NCBI GenBank assembly: GCA_029717555.1
Contig: JAMDHS010000030.1
Coordinates: 124,001-188,000 of the forward strand
Source: Peribolospora baueri
Lineage: Eukaryota
Length of the DNA: 64,000 bases
Reading direction: 5' to 3'
Part shown: positions 50,330 through 63,875 of the stretch, one piece after another
How the letters are laid out: every line of letters starts with the position of its first letter
Position numbering within the stretch: the stretch's first letter is position 1
Translations under genes and position numbers: made by a program
Notes under the pieces: generated by a model
Databases searched by the model: none
What the model saw: the letters and a program-made list of their open reading frames with translations, nothing else
What the model was told of the DNA's origin: nothing

Positions 50330-53300
50330 TCAAGGATCGAACGCATCGCTCCTCCAGCCCTCCTTCTCCCCTTCCGCTCCCTTCGCCCTTCTCACCTCGG
50401 CCAGACTCGAACTTGCGGCTTCCCATGTTCCCGCCGCCGCGGCCATGCTGGCCGCACCAGCAGCCCTCTCGCCGAGCTTGGTCTTGTCCCCGTGGACGAC
50501 CTCTTCGCGCAGCGCCGTGCGGTCGGTGCGAGGCCCGCCCTTGTCGTGGGGCACCACCTGTGCGTCTACGCCGATACCCAACGCGTACTCCCCTTCCGCG
50601 CCGTGCTTGAGCCACCCTTTCGGCGTGAACTCGCTCGTTTTCGGCCCTGCCGGAGTGGGAGACTCGCCGCGCTTCGTCTCCGGTGTCGGAGCAAGGATGA
50701 CACGCAGGTAATCGCCCAAAGCCGGTTCTCGATTTTCCGTCTTTGCAAGCTCATGAGCTTGTCTGTGCAGCTTGAAAGCCTGCTTGTCGAGCGATTCGAA
50801 CGCTCGCGCCAGATGACCTTCGATGATGGGCTCAAGTGCGCGCGCCGCTATGGGCCGTCCGAGCATCCGAAAGAGGAAAGCGAGGATGCGGTGGCGATTT
50901 TTGCGAATCCGAAAGTCGACAGACGAAAGGTCGACCTTGACGTCGCGGACGACAAAGAACCGGTCCCGCTCTTCCTCACCCACCTCATCTGCAGCAGCGC
51001 CGGCGTGTGCGCCGTCAGCGTTCTGGAATACAATGTCAAACGCCAAACCTCCGCCTCTGATGAAACCAATGTCCACGAGGCCACTTTCGACGAAGCGCAG
51101 ACAAGGCCACCGGGATTTCTTCTCGACGTAGAAAGAGACATCTCGGGCCCACAGGCGCAGTCCATGCACATGGAAGCTGAACATGGCGTCCAGAGCGGTC
51201 TCGACATGCCCTTGTCCCTCTCTATCCCCTTGACGCTCTGTGGAACAGAAGCACGCATCGTGCCTCAGTCCTTCGTCTCCGACAAATTGACACAGCGGAG
51301 CTGCTCACCACGCCAGTATTCGTACTCGGTTCTGTTGACAAAGCGAGCATGCTCAGGCAAGAATGAGAGCGACTCAATGACGAGATCATCGACCACGACG
51401 TCAACGTCCTTCGAAGTGAACTCGGCCCTGTGAAAGGAAGAGGAGGACAATGAGATCATTAATGAGTCAAAATAACGTCACGACATCTAGAGGCGAAGGG
51501 CGGTGTCATTGGAGCCCACCTAGGCATAGGAATCGTTTGGATGAGACTCAAAGCGCGAGGCAGCACTACCTCGACCAAGTCCTTTGCCAGCCCCTGCGCT
51601 TTTCCAGCGGACGCACGCGACACCTCATGAGCCCATCCTCGACCCGCCTCTCCACACTTGAACTGTTTGAAATCTCGCACGAGATTGTTCCACGACGCGG
51701 CCAGACGGCGGTTGGTCTTGTCCGTTTTGATAGATTCCAAGAAGCGGTCCGCCTCGTCGACCATCGCCGACACCTCCGAGCATCGTTCGTCCCGTTGAGA
51801 CCGGAGAGTTTTTTTCAGGCGCTCGAGGAGCGTGTGCAGCTCGTGCGTTGAGCGGTGCATCTGCAGACACTTTGGTTCTAGAAACGAGCGCCATAGGAAA
51901 GACTCGACTTCGCGACAACAGCTTCTCAGCTCTTTGTCCTGGGAGATGTGACAGGCAAGCGCTCGACACCGGTCAATGAGCGGTTGGAGCGAGCGCCCGC
52001 CAGCCAAACCCTCTGCGATAGCTCCCAGAGCAACGAGAGCGTCCTTTACGTTCCCGTCAGGAGCGATGTCTGGTGAGGAGGTCTTGTTCAGTGCCTCTGA
52101 TGCCACAGAAGTGGTTGATTTCAGTGCCTCCGATGCCACAGAAGTGGTTGATTTCAGTGCCTCCGATGCCACAGAAGTGGGTGATTTCAGTGCCTCCGAT
52201 GCCACAGAAGTGGGTGATTTCAGTGCCTCCGCTGCCACAGAAGTGGATGATTTCAGTGCCTCCGCTGCCACAGAAGTGGATGATTTCAGTGCCTCCGATG
52301 CCACAGAAGTGGGTGATTTCAGTGCCTCCGATGCCACAGAAGTGGGTGATTTCAGTGCCTCCGCTGCCACAGAAGTGGGTGATGTATACTTCTGTAGTAA
52401 CTTGATAATGAGAAGAATGGAGGCCCCATAGGCCGGACGAGCCTGGATGCCTTGCAGAATCTGGCATGACCAAAAGGGATGTAATTCAGTCAGCCTGCTC
52501 CCAACCCGCGCTTGCGTAAAGAGATGGGCAGGAAAGAGGTGCTCACCTGCTTGACACGCTCGATCAGCTCCTCTTCGTCTTGCAATCCTTTATTCCACCA
52601 CCTGTCCAGGTCGTCCTTCTTTCCTCGAACGTCTTCGGCGAACTTGCCCTCTTGGATATCTCGCAACACCTCTTTCCCCTTCTCCTTGAGTGGGACGAAC
52701 TGACCCGGAATCTCGGACGCTGACTTTGCCATCTCCAGCGATGCGTCCGAAAGGACGGTTCGACAGAACGGGTAGATGTTCAAAAGGAGGGCGCGGAACC
52801 TGCGAAGATCATCGGAAAACAACCGACTGTCGGCATCAACGATCGAAGCCAGACTTCCTTCAAGTGAATGCTGCTCAGCATCTACAACAAAGGGAGCCAT
52901 CAACTCACTCTTCACTGGTGATAACCAACAGGACCAGATTCTTGAGCGCCGATAGAGCCTCGGATGCATCACGAGCCGCCGTTTCAACAGCCTCGGAAGG
53001 GTCAGGAGGCCCTGGCCCCAGAAAGTTAAGTCATTTCGGGATGTGATGGCTGGTTAATAGCAGCTTCACAATCAGCGCCCTAAACACAACAACTGACTCA
53101 CTGATCTCAAGCAAGTCCGTGCGTTGTAGTGCACATATCGCGTCCTGCAATTGATCCTGCCCGTTCTTCTCCAAGCTCGTCCTCGCCAACAGCTCCAGGA
53201 AAAGCTGCAAATCCCGTAGAACGTCCAATCCCTGTTCGCTGACCTTCTGCTCCGTCTCGGGCCGTGAAGACGAGCAAGTGTCCTCGGAGCAGGGCGCAGG

Positions 53301-53888
53301 GCGCGGTTTCGGTAGGCACCACCAGCTAGTCCAGCTCGATCGTACAGCGGTATCCTCGGTTTCGCCGTCGGTCCTTTGCTCCTCCAGAAAAGTAGCGTCT
53401 GTTTCCGCTGCCTGCTTTTTCCGCCTCGATCTGTGATAAGAATTTTCCGGCCCATCACCTTGGGACCTGCGCTTCCTCGGCCTATTCGAAGAATCCTCGT
53501 CGTGGACCGAGTCCTTGGAGCCGGTACTGCGCAGCTCTTCCTCTCGGACCACTTCTTCCGGATCAACCTTGTCCCCAAAGAATTCGCGAGCATCACGTAT
53601 CGCACCCGCTGCGCGAGCCAAGTGCACGGACAGCTGGGCCGAGGAAGGCAGCTTACCAGCCCTCAGGGCGCCGAGAGCTCTGGCGAGTCGGGTCCCAACG
53701 TCAGTTTGTGGATCGGATGTCCAGAGAGGTCGTTCCTCGTCAATATGCTCTTGCGCGCTCTTCCTCCTTTGCTTTGAGGCAAAGAGCTTGTGAAGCACGC
53801 TGGGGGGCTTTCTTCGGTTCTTGTTCCCGTGATGATCATGTTGCTGGAGGAGAGGAGCCTCCGGATCCGACAAGCGCGGACTGGGCAT
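50330..53888 (-). CDS. Fungal HAM1-like (DUF5923/DUF4449) protein, spliced
   Basis: ARALGALRAGKLPSSAQL, EKNGQDQLQD, LVITSEEFRALL, IPMPRAEFTSKDVDVVVDDL, DVSFYVEKK, FFVVRDVKVDL, GIGVDAQVVP..GGP and a terminal EGWRSDAFD, which I recall as the pattern of this family. Confidence 0.7.
52088..52384 (-). repeat. Coding 33-nt minisatellite, ~9 copies (ALKSPTSVASE)
   Basis: GTGCCTC anchors every 33 nt from 52091 to 52355, in frame within the exon ...KLLQKYTSPTSVAAEALKSPTSV... Confidence 0.95.
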
Positions 53889-54255
53889 CGTTGGCCCGCG
53901 TTCAGCCAGAGCGTGCGATTGAGTTCAAGGATGTCGTGATGTAGCTGACATCGGGCAAACTGGGACGTTGCCCTTCGTGACCCGGTCATTATTCGCCTCG
54001 CCTCATCGCCCAAGACGGAATCGATGGCCTTTCTGCGCGCTGCGATCGCATGTCAGCAAGTGAGTTGCACCACGGAATCCGATCGGAGAAGTGGGCACGT
54101 GCGCATAACCCTACTCACTGCGGCCGTCGGCGGGCGGGCTCGGCCAACGCCAGCCAGCGAAGGTTGCAATTGATTCGCAACCATCAACACACTGAATTCG
54201 ACCACCGAGAGTACGCCCTATCTTCTTTTTCGACGCTGGTTCTCGTCTGTACAAA

Positions 54256-56220
54256 ATGGTGAGCATAGTAAAGCGACGCGAAGCGGAAGTGTGCTGAAGG
54301 ACGCCCGGCGAGGGTATGTTGGGATCGCCAAGCTCCGAGGGGCCGTATGACGGAAGGTGTGCGGACAAGATGCTCAATGACCCCGGTTTGGTGCTCGATC
54401 CTTTCCACAGGACCGCCTAGAAGAAATTGGCACTCAGCTGTCCAATCTCACCATGTGGGATATCAAGTCAGCGTACACGATGGCCAAAAACTACGCACTG
54501 AACATCCCGGAGATGGAGGCTAAAGTCAGGGAAGCGACAAATGACGAGGCTTGGTGAGTTAAGCCCCAGAACCACAATGCGCGCTCGACGTACACATATG
54601 GTACGGCTTCTCGAGGTTACCTGTGGCGATCATATGCATTCCGGGTGCTATGGATCTTCAGTCTGGCTGTACCAGCCAACCGTCAGGAGACTCACTTGCT
54701 CACTGCATCCTTGGCGTCTTCTTCGACGACAGGGGCGCGAGCTCTACGCTCATGCAGGAGATTGCTCAAGGGTAAGGGATCAGGATTGGCGCCATCTAAG
54801 CCACATGCTCACGGACTCCTCGCACCCTCTCCCGCCCAGGACGCACAACTACCAAGAGTTCAACGAGATCATGCCAACGATCTACCGCCGCTTTATGGAG
54901 AAGGAGGCTAAGCAATGGAGGCAGATCTACAAGGCGCTCGTGCTGTTGGAGTATATCATCAAGCATGGATCGGAGCGCGTCGTCGATGATGCCCGTAGTC
55001 ATCTCAGTACGGTCAAGGTCCTTCGCAACTTTCACCACATAGATGAAAAAGGGAAGGATCAAGGCATCAATGGTGAGCAGCCATAACTGTCCAGCGGAGA
55101 CATTTCGATCCAGATCGAGCGCAGGTAACTCATCCAACGCTCCTCTACCTTTTCGTCCTCAGTACGAAACCGGGCGAAAGAAGTTGCAGAGCTGCTTTCG
55201 GACCTCGATCGCGTTCGAGTAGAGCGCCGTAAGGCTCGCGCGAATCGGGGGAAATACACGGGCGAGGGGAACATGGGTGGATTTGGCGGCGGCGGAGGGA
55301 GCAAGTATGGAGGCTTCAGTTCGGACCAGTACTATTCGGGGGCTCGTCCTAGCTTTTCCGGAGATGGCTACACGGGCGACGGCGGCTACAGAGGGAGCTC
55401 GAGCCGAGGTCAGCCCGAGTACGACGAGTACGATGCTGGGGAGTGGGAGGACCGAGAGGCCGGGAGCAGTCGCAACGGAGGGAATCGGAACCGAGATGCC
55501 ACCAGCGCTGGGAGGAATGGAAAGCAGGCGGAGATGACCAAGAAGCCTGCGGAGAAGCCTAAGGAGGTCAATTTGTTCGACCTCGATGATGAGCCAGCTC
55601 CTGCTGCTACTCCAGCTGCTGCACCAGCGGTACCAGCTGCGAAGCCGGCTACCACTGGAAACCTGTTTGACAATGATGATTTCGACGACTTCCAGGCAGC
55701 CCCGTCTGTCGCTGTGACGACGGCGACCCCTGCCGCCGCACAGCCTGCGCCGACGGCGGGTGGCAACAACGTGTTTGATCTTTTGGGTGGACCGTCCTTC
55801 TCTGCGGCGCCCGCCGTCAAGCCGGCCGTTCCTTCAAGCACGTTCACCAGTCCTGTTATGAAGCCCCAGACTGCTGGGACGGGCAGCTTCTCTACTCCCA
55901 TTGCCCCGTCCACGGCCAAGACCGCTTCCACGACGAGCACGGGAGGCGGGGCATCCGGCGGCTCCGGCGGCCTCTCCTTCGATGACCTTTGGACTTCGTC
56001 CATTGGAGGTTCTTCTTCTCCCTCCTCCGGGGCCGCAGGCGGAAAGGAGAAGATGAGCATGGCGGAGATGGCTCAGCAAAAGAGCGCGCAGAGCGTTTGG
56101 GGTACGACGGGTGCGGCGACTGGCGCGGGCGGTGTCGGTGCGATGGGGGCGGGCGCTCGCGCTCCGTCCGCACCTCAGGGCGGACAGCAGAAGAGCCAGG
56201 ATGTCTTCGATCTTCTCTAA
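54256..56220 (+). CDS. ENT3: ENTH-domain epsin, Ent3/epsinR-like Golgi-endosome clathrin adaptor
   Basis: ATG-only first coding exon (54256-54258|GTGAGC), then DRLEEIGTQLSNLTMWDIK...EAKVREATNDEAWGASS..MQEIA, WRQIYKALVLLEY, GKDQGINVRNRAKE. Tail motifs NLFDLDD, DDDFDDFQ, FDDLW, VFDLL. Confidence 0.9.
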
Positions 56221-56579
56221 CTAATCGCACAGAAGCTCGGAGTGAAGCCGCGTCACCCACGGCTAGGGATATCTTCCGTTGACAGGTTTAGTGACGGCTC
56301 GCCATGCCCTCTAGTGTACGGGTATACCTTTTGCACCTGTCTAATGCTCAACGATCACGGACGGTGGACTCGGCTCGGACTGCTCATTCCATTTCGATGA
56401 CGGCGGTCGGTAGGAAAGATCGCACTCGTCCCTTATGTCCAAACCGTCCCTAACGTGATTAAACTTTCGGTCGCGTCCGAGTGGCTGTTGGGCGCGCCGA
56501 CCGTCCATTGCGAGGGAAAAGCTACGCTCATTATGCTTGGGTAGCCAACTGGCCAGCCGCCGAGCCAACCAGAAAGTTA

Positions 56580-58149
56580 TTAAGCATGAATGAAAAAGGG
56601 ACATCCTCCCAGAGCGCCTTCTTTGGCGATGCGCTCGCTCATCGACTCGGCGCTCTTCTTCGTCTCCTCGACGCCTACCCTCCGCAGCTTCTCGGGGCCA
56701 AGCTCTTCGATACGAAAGCCATCGGAACGGTAACGGTTCGAGGGACGACGGTACAGCGGAAGAAGACTCCAGATTGTGTTCATAGACCACAGGCTCTCGG
56801 AAACGCTAATGCGGCAAGGATTCATGTAGGGAAACGTGGGGGTCAGCGAAGGCGTCGGCGCCTCGGAGGTTGACTAGGGCGTGAACGGAGGGCCGAAGGA
56901 CACACTTACTACCAAGGCTCGTAGATGTACGCCCGCCTTTGGTACACCCCTTCGTCTCCCTTCTTCGGCGCCGTGCCGTACGTCTTGCTTCTCAGCCTTG
57001 GGAGGGAAAAATGACGGACGAAGGAAGCGGTAGCGGTGAGAAGCATTGGCACAAGCTGATAGTACAATCCCGGCGGCTTTTCGAAGCCCATCGCGAGACG
57101 GAGGCGCTGGCCCAATAAGACGGACACGGCCTTGCTCGCATAGGGTTTGAAGAAACCGGGGGCGGGTCTGAGAAAGAGGTTGCGCGTGGCGTTGGCTGCG
57201 AGAGCGTTGGCGGGGTCAAAGATCATATTCTTCCTTTCGTACGCCTCCGCCCACTCCTCGAGATCCTTCAAACTTTGCCCACTCCTTCCGTCCGTGGTAC
57301 CGTCCCCCGGACGCGGTGCGACCAAGGGTTCGTTGAAATCGATGCCCATCCGCGCGCCAACCTCCCTCCACCACACGTAGCGCGCACCCCGCTCAAGCGG
57401 ACTCAGAGACCGCCACCCGTACAGCTCGGTCCAGCGGATGGGCTCGAGGACGAAGAGAGATAGAGTGTAGAGCAGGTCGGCGTTGCTGATCCTGTTCCGC
57501 GAAGCATCAGCATGATTTCGGTAACGGTTGTGAAGGCAATTCATGCGCGCCAAGGCCAGCAAGCCTCGAGGGCTATCAACGCCGTTGTGGAAGAACTCAT
57601 CGAGAAGGACGACAGTGTCCTCGCCGCGTCGGCCGACGGTGTGCAAGCAGGTCCTGAGAGATGGGAAAAGGAGGGAAAAGAAAAGGCGTTCGAAGGTGAG
57701 TGGGAGACGCGTCCGAAGAACAGTGTGACCTCATCAGCACAGCAGTCTCAGCTCACAATTGGCCTGTCTTGGCTAGCAAGGACGAGATAGTGGGTATGCC
57801 GTACGTCTTGAAGAGAGCAAACTCGAGCGAGCTGTAACGACAAGGCCGGGCACACGAAGAGAGATTGGGTACGGGCACAGTCACAGTCAGGGTCATGATG
57901 GGCTTGCCACTCGGAAAACCAAATCGGCGCGATCCCTACCCACCGCGTCATGATGAAGGGCATATCCAGCTCTTGCGCCATCTTGATGACTTGCCACGCC
58001 TCGCCGTAGCTCAGCCTTTCAGCATCAGACACCGAGCGCGCATATTTGGCCCAGCGACGCTCGAGCGCCCGAAGGCGTTGGAAGCGCAGGAGGCGGACCA
58101 ACCAAAGGAAGAGGGCAATCAGGCAGACAAAGGGTGGGAGGACAGACAT
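56580..58149 (-). CDS. ER-bound oxygenase MpaB/DUF2236 (rubber-oxygenase-like) family protein, 4 exons
   Basis: N-terminal TM plus LRFQRLR, FALFKTYGIPTISSLL, ARMNCLHNRY, ISNADLLYTLSLF, YGWRSL, W.EVG.RMGI, LRLAMGF, YEPWYV, GFRIEELGP and a terminal GCPF. Confidence 0.88.
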
Positions 58150-60887
58150 GGAGAAAAGGAAAAGGGACCGTCCGCGCGGAGAAGAGAGAACGGGCAGTCA
58201 GCGAGCGCGTAAACTCGCTGTATCGCCTTCATCGATGGTGGGTGACAGAAGTGTATCTTCGTCGACGAAGTGATGGTCGCCGGCGTTGCCCGAGGCAGCC
58301 GGTTGCGGTTGCGGTTGCGGAGGGTGATACACCGATGCTAACTTTGTGCGAGCTAGCCTCGCTCCACTGAGACGTCGATCGTTGCAACCGGTGGTCCACA
58401 GCTGCGGCCAGCCAGCAGCCCCTTACGATCGGCCGTGCCTCCTTAGACCCCTGCCCCGCACTCTGCCTTGTCCACGTTTCCCTTCCCCCGCCGACTCTCT
58501 TCTTGCTTTGCACGCAGTGCTCTCAACAAGACGATGACGAGATGGGCCGTTATATCAATTAATGTGGACCTGCTACAAGGGACGGCGAGAGAAGATGGAC
58601 AGAGACGGAAGCTGATCGAATAGCGACAAGGACCGCGCAGGAGCTCAGGACGACGAGATGCGGTTGGGCGAGAGCAGGGGAGACATAAGGACGGTGTGGA
58701 GGGGCAAAAGCAGAAGCGCGACGCCACCAGCGCCCATGTTGGGCGGGATCGCGGGCTGGACGACCAGCTCAGGTCCCTCGAATTCTTGGCGTACTCTGGC
58801 ACCTGCCGAATGGCGTTGGTGAGCCTAGAAGGAGAGGCAAAAAACAAACATGAGCGCCATGCCCAACAGGAGCTATGTCCGTCGGCGAAATCGAGCTCGG
58901 CTCACAGGCAGACGATGGAACGAATGCGTTGTCCCCCCATCTGGCGATCGGGCTCGCGGGGGCGCGCATAGGCTGGATTCCCTGCAGACGTGGAAGGGTA
59001 CGAAGAAGGACGTCAGTGAGGAGGATCATTAAAATGAATGTGATCCGAATGAGCTGCACGAGAACTCACGCGCGCCGCCTCCAGCAGACATCAGACTGTC
59101 TGGATGCGAAGATGGTGTCAAGTGGTGCGTTCCGGGGCAGGAGGGAGGGGAGCTGATACAGACAGGAGAAAGAAGGGGATAAGATTGTGATTTCTCGATC
59201 TTACGCTTGATGGTCTGGTCCGATAGACGTCGTCCGCGCTAGCGGTGTGGCGACCTCGGTGCCATTTCGTTACCAGTGGAGGGGTTAAAGAACATGAAAG
59301 CGTTTTATCTCCCGCCGTCGAATCGTTCTCGTTCACGTCATCACGCATTCAGCTGGTGTCTCGTCCCGGGTAGAGCAGCTGCTTCTCCCTCCTTCAGTCA
59401 CCACCACGTCGAGTTGGTCCAGTGCACATCCTCCACATCGGTCCTCTTCCCGAACGATCTTAACTGCCCCACGATTTACTTATACCGACTGGTGCTCAGC
59501 GATCCATAGGATCGGTGGCTCGGCTCCAACGACGGTCGTGCGCCGAACACGTCGTACCGTCCGTCCGTCCTAGCGAACACTCACAGAAGCGAAGGACTGA
59601 CGAAAGGAGGACTGGAAAGGGAAATACTTTATTTCGACGATCCCTTTTTTATTTAAAAAATAAGTAATAAATAAAAGGGAGGAAAAGAAGGACGAAGTGA
59701 GGCCGGCCAATGCGCTCACGTCGTTCGTTTGCTTGGCCTGGCGGCGAGCAGAGATGGGCCTTGGAGAGGGGAAGAAGCAGCCAGACAAGACAGTAGACGA
59801 CCGGTCGGTCGGTACGCAAAACAGAGCGATCGGCGGCCTGATTGATGAGTTTGTGAAGCAGGCCAGGCAGGCCTGCTGGCGGCGCGGATTCAGTCGGGAT
59901 CGAGGGTACACATACATGTTCCTTCCACCGGGAGCCGCCGTGGACCGTTCCGACGACGGTCTACGACACCAGCCGAAGAGAAGAGAGACCAGCGCGACAG
60001 ACAGTCGGCCGTAGAGAGGCTGTATATGTACGAACGGAGGACGGCCGGTTGACGGGATATCCGGACTGGCGGGCTCGCACGCGCGACTCGCTGTCGATTC
60101 GCGAAAACAATTTGAAGCCGGCTTCCACGTTGTGCCCTAACTCTGCTCGGCCTCATCCGGCGACGCCTCGTCTCTGGGAAGGGACCTAGAACGGGATGTC
60201 CATACGTGTACAACCCTCCGTAGTCGGCCCAGAGAGACGCCAGCGACGCAGCTCCGGCGGTTACCGAGACTGCGGAGCGGATGTGTCAATGTGCGAGGGA
60301 AAGAAAGGCGCTGTCGTGTCCGGCCGTGCCTGGACTAAGCCCGCCTTAGGCATGCGGCCAGTGTTCCGCTGATGCCGACGCTTCCATCCGATTTCGCAAT
60401 CGCCTTTCGACGAGAGCGCTCTCATCCTCTTCCCCCCGCCGGCGGCTCCGGCCGACGCCGCTCACCAAGCCAAGCGAGCCCGGCCAGCAAGACCAAGCCA
60501 GACCAGACCAGACCAGACCAGACATGGCAAGGCAAGGCATGACATGGCAAGGCATGGCAAGGCAGGGCGGGCATGGCAGGGCAAATGCAAAATGAGATGG
60601 GATGCGCAGCCCCGGCGCAGTCCGCCCTCGATCTTCCTCCGCTCACAATTGCCAAGTCTCGTTGTCCCCTCAGCGAGCTCATCTCGCTCTCTCCTCCCTC
60701 CTTCCTCTTCTTATTCACCTCGCCACATCCCTCCTCCCATCCTTCCACAGCGCGCACCACCAGATCGAGCCCCCGCGCCGCTCCTCCACCGCCGTCTGCC
60801 CTTCTCTCAGCCTCACCTCCCCCTCCGCCCCCACTCCCTCCCCGCCAAAACGCCGACTCGGCTGTCTCTCCTTCACCGCCAGAGGCC

Positions 60888-63875
60888 ATGTCCGTTCCGA
60901 GGCAGGTCTACCCCTCCATGACGCCCTCTTCTTTCGGAGACGAGACGAGGAGAGGGCCGACGGGCGAGTATGCAAGTAGGCCATTCGATCGCGAGCGAGA
61001 GCACGCCGGTCCGGAGTACCAGATGGACACGAGGAGAGGGCCCTTGGGCGTGTATAGAACAGGCCCTCTCGATGCAGGGGGCCAACAGATGACCCCAGAG
61101 CCCTTCGACGTAAGGAGTGGACCGATGGACGAGTATGGAAGAAGAGCTCGACTCGATGGAGGCGAACAAGAGACGGCGCTCGAGTACCTTCATCCCTATG
61201 GAGACGACGACGTGCCCGGCCCGAGTCGGTGAGTCCACCCCCCATCCTCCCTTCGTTCACCATCCGACGACGGCCTTGCCTGGCGTTGCGGCCGATGGAG
61301 GTATTTGGGGCGCCGGATCGGGCGAGACGGACTCGTACGGCGGTCAACGTCGAGCGGAGAGACACTCGAATCGACTCGACGCTCGTCGTGCAGCTCGTCG
61401 TGTCGGTGGTGTTGGCGGCCGCCGTGTACGCCTCGCTCGCCACACCCATCGTTTGTTCAAGCTCTCCGCCGGCCGATGACCCTGACTCTTCTTCCCTTCT
61501 GTCCTCCCTCCTCCACCTCCTCCATCCGCATTCCTGCCCCCGCTCGATCAACCCTGTTCCTTTCCCGCCCCTCCATCCTTCGTGCCTGCCATCTAACCCT
61601 GTTGCGCTGCGCGTCGTGCTCGTCACCCCATCGCCGTCTCCAGTCGTCCATATGTCGCTTTCTCACATTCCGGCGACGACGTCGACGTCGACGGGTCTCG
61701 AAGCACGTCGCGCCTCCACCTCGCCGAGTATCCGGACAACGAGAGGTCTCTCTACGCCGATGACCGAGGCAAGAGCACCGCTTCCTTGGCCCCAGATTGG
61801 ACTCGTCACCGGTCGCAACAACACCTGGATCCGTTGGTGAACGAACGAGCGTCGAGCGCACAAGGATACTACGACATCATCACCTATTACGCACGGCCCA
61901 GCCTGAGCACGTCGAGCCTTCACGACATCGACGGCTCGTCCGTCATGGATGATTTCGGCGGGACGACGGACCTCGCGGACAGGAGGAACTCGGCCTTCTC
62001 CTTCTCCGCTGAGACCGCTCACGAAGGCGACGCGCCTTCGCGGTTATTTTCCCACAGCAGACAATCGAGTGCCAACGAACTCCTCCTACCCCGCAGGCCC
62101 CATCCCCTCTCCCGCACACCGTCCCCCCCTCGAGGACGACCGCTCCCCGCCCTGCAGGCCGAGGCCGGACCCAGCACTTCCACTGTCGCCATGGACGCCA
62201 GGTCGCGAGACCCCAGTGCCGCCCCGACTGCGACTTCCTCTGATCTCACCGGCGCAACTGCCTTTTCCATGCCCTCCTTCGGCCCTCCGGCGACGGACCA
62301 GTCACAAGATCCGTCCTCCTTCGCCTCCAGCATCGCCGCGCTCCGCCCCGACAAACTGCCAACCTCCTCCTTGTCCACGTTTTACCTCCCCGGCAAGTTC
62401 ACCGGCCCTCACGCCGTGGGAGAGCGCCGTCATCGGGGATTGTTCGGAGATGAGTCGCTCAAGAACGCTGACGCGGCCGAGAGGTCGGCCGCGGTGCTCG
62501 GTGTGGGCGCCGGGCTCACCAAGCGAGCTGCGGGACGCCGGGCGTGGATGCGAGGGGGAGAGGACGGCCGTGTGGCCGGCAACGATCCGCGACTCGGTGC
62601 CGGAAACTACGAGGACGACGACGGCGTCGATCCATTCCGCGATGGCGACGGCACGTTGAAGGGCTTCGGCGACGCCGATCCTTCCGGGAAGAGCAGGCTC
62701 GGCGGCGGTGGCGGCGGCGGAGCAACGTGGGGAACGACGCTGTCGCTTCTGTTCGGCAGGCGAGGAGCCAACGGGGAGCGACTACGCTGGAACAGGTTCA
62801 AGTGGGCCATCGTCACCGCCAACGCTATCCTCACCGCCTACTCTGCCACGGGACTCGTGGCCTGTGCGTGCGTCTACCTGGACGTCTGGACGCACAGCGA
62901 GGTCGCCCGCGCTGGAAACAGCCTGGAGCTCGCGCTGGGCACGGTGGCCATGGCGGTCGCGCTGGCGACGTCGCTCGTCGGTTGGGCCGGCGCTTTGCTC
63001 AACAACCGCGCCTTCCTCTCCGTCTTCGCCCTTGCCCTCTGGCCCTCCCTCGCCCTCCTCGTCGCGCCCGGCTACATCGCCTACAAGAAACGCACGTTCG
63101 ACCTCGAGGGAAAGACGGACCAGCAGTGGTCCAAGTCGTTCACCTCGGCCGATCGGCTCACCATTCAGAACGCCCTGTCTTGTTGCGGCTACTTCTCGCC
63201 CTTTGTCGAGGCCGTCGCCTCGAATCAGTGCGTCCACCTCGTCCTTGCGCCTTTTCTCTCGTTGATCCCCGCTGACAACCTCCTTCTCACCTCCTCTCGT
63301 CCGTCCTTTGTCTGCTCATTGCTCCTTCGGTTGCCAGATGCTACGCCCGCTCCCTCCTGCCCGGGTGCAAGGGCAAATTCTTCCGCTTCCAAAAGGCGGC
63401 CCTCAGGCGCATCTACCTCGCCTCCTTCTGTTGCGTGCCCGCCAACCTGTTCGCCATCGTCATCAGTGTGCTGTGCAGCAACCACATCACGTACCGCTTT
63501 GGCAAGGGCGTCATGCCACCCCAGTACTGGCTCGACGCGAGGACTGCGGCAACGTTGAACAGTCCGTACGCCGACCACCTGCTCTCCCACTCTCCGCTAC
63601 CGTCCTCTTCACCCTACGCGCACGCCCCTTCCTCGCCAATGACCGCCGTCGGTCTCACCCCCGTCAAAGATCACAATCGCAATCACAATCACAATCACAA
63701 TCACAATCACAATCACAATCGCAATCACATTCCAGCACCCGCCTCTGCGTCATGGCGCTGGGCGGACAGACCGAGCGCCGAGACGGTCACGGCGCTCGAC
63801 GCTCACTCCGCCGCCGCCGCCGAGGTTCGAAATAGGGCCGCGGCGGCGCCTACGGAGAGGGGTAGGGGTGTATGA
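60888..63875 (+). CDS. Basidiomycete Tsp2-type tetraspanin-like protein with a long cytosolic N-terminus
   Basis: LRWNRFKWAIVTAN, GWAGALLNNRAFL, PGYIAYKKRTFDLEGK, IQNALSCCGYFSPFVEA..SNQCYARSLLPGCKG, LCSNHITYRFGKG. Predicted introns 61229-61643 and 63228-63338. Start uncertain. Confidence 0.8.
63672..63730 (+). repeat. (CACAAT)n hexanucleotide repeat encoding a His-Asn tract
   Basis: CACAATCGCAATCACAATCACAAT... translates as HNRNHNHNHNHNHNHNRNH in the tetraspanin tail. Confidence 0.9.

Noticed and set aside
52057..52473. CRISPR-like array or Cys-rich repeat protein (THFCGIGGTE)
   Set aside because: Head-to-tail 33-nt units with no spacers, in a eukaryote. The spliced reading frame is the ALKSPTSVASE frame.
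58200..60500. Possible small gene or ncRNA in the long intergenic region (AT-rich patch ~59640-59680)
   Set aside because: No convincing ORF, splice pattern or RNA motif by eye. It cannot be excluded without RNA-seq or covariance-model searches.
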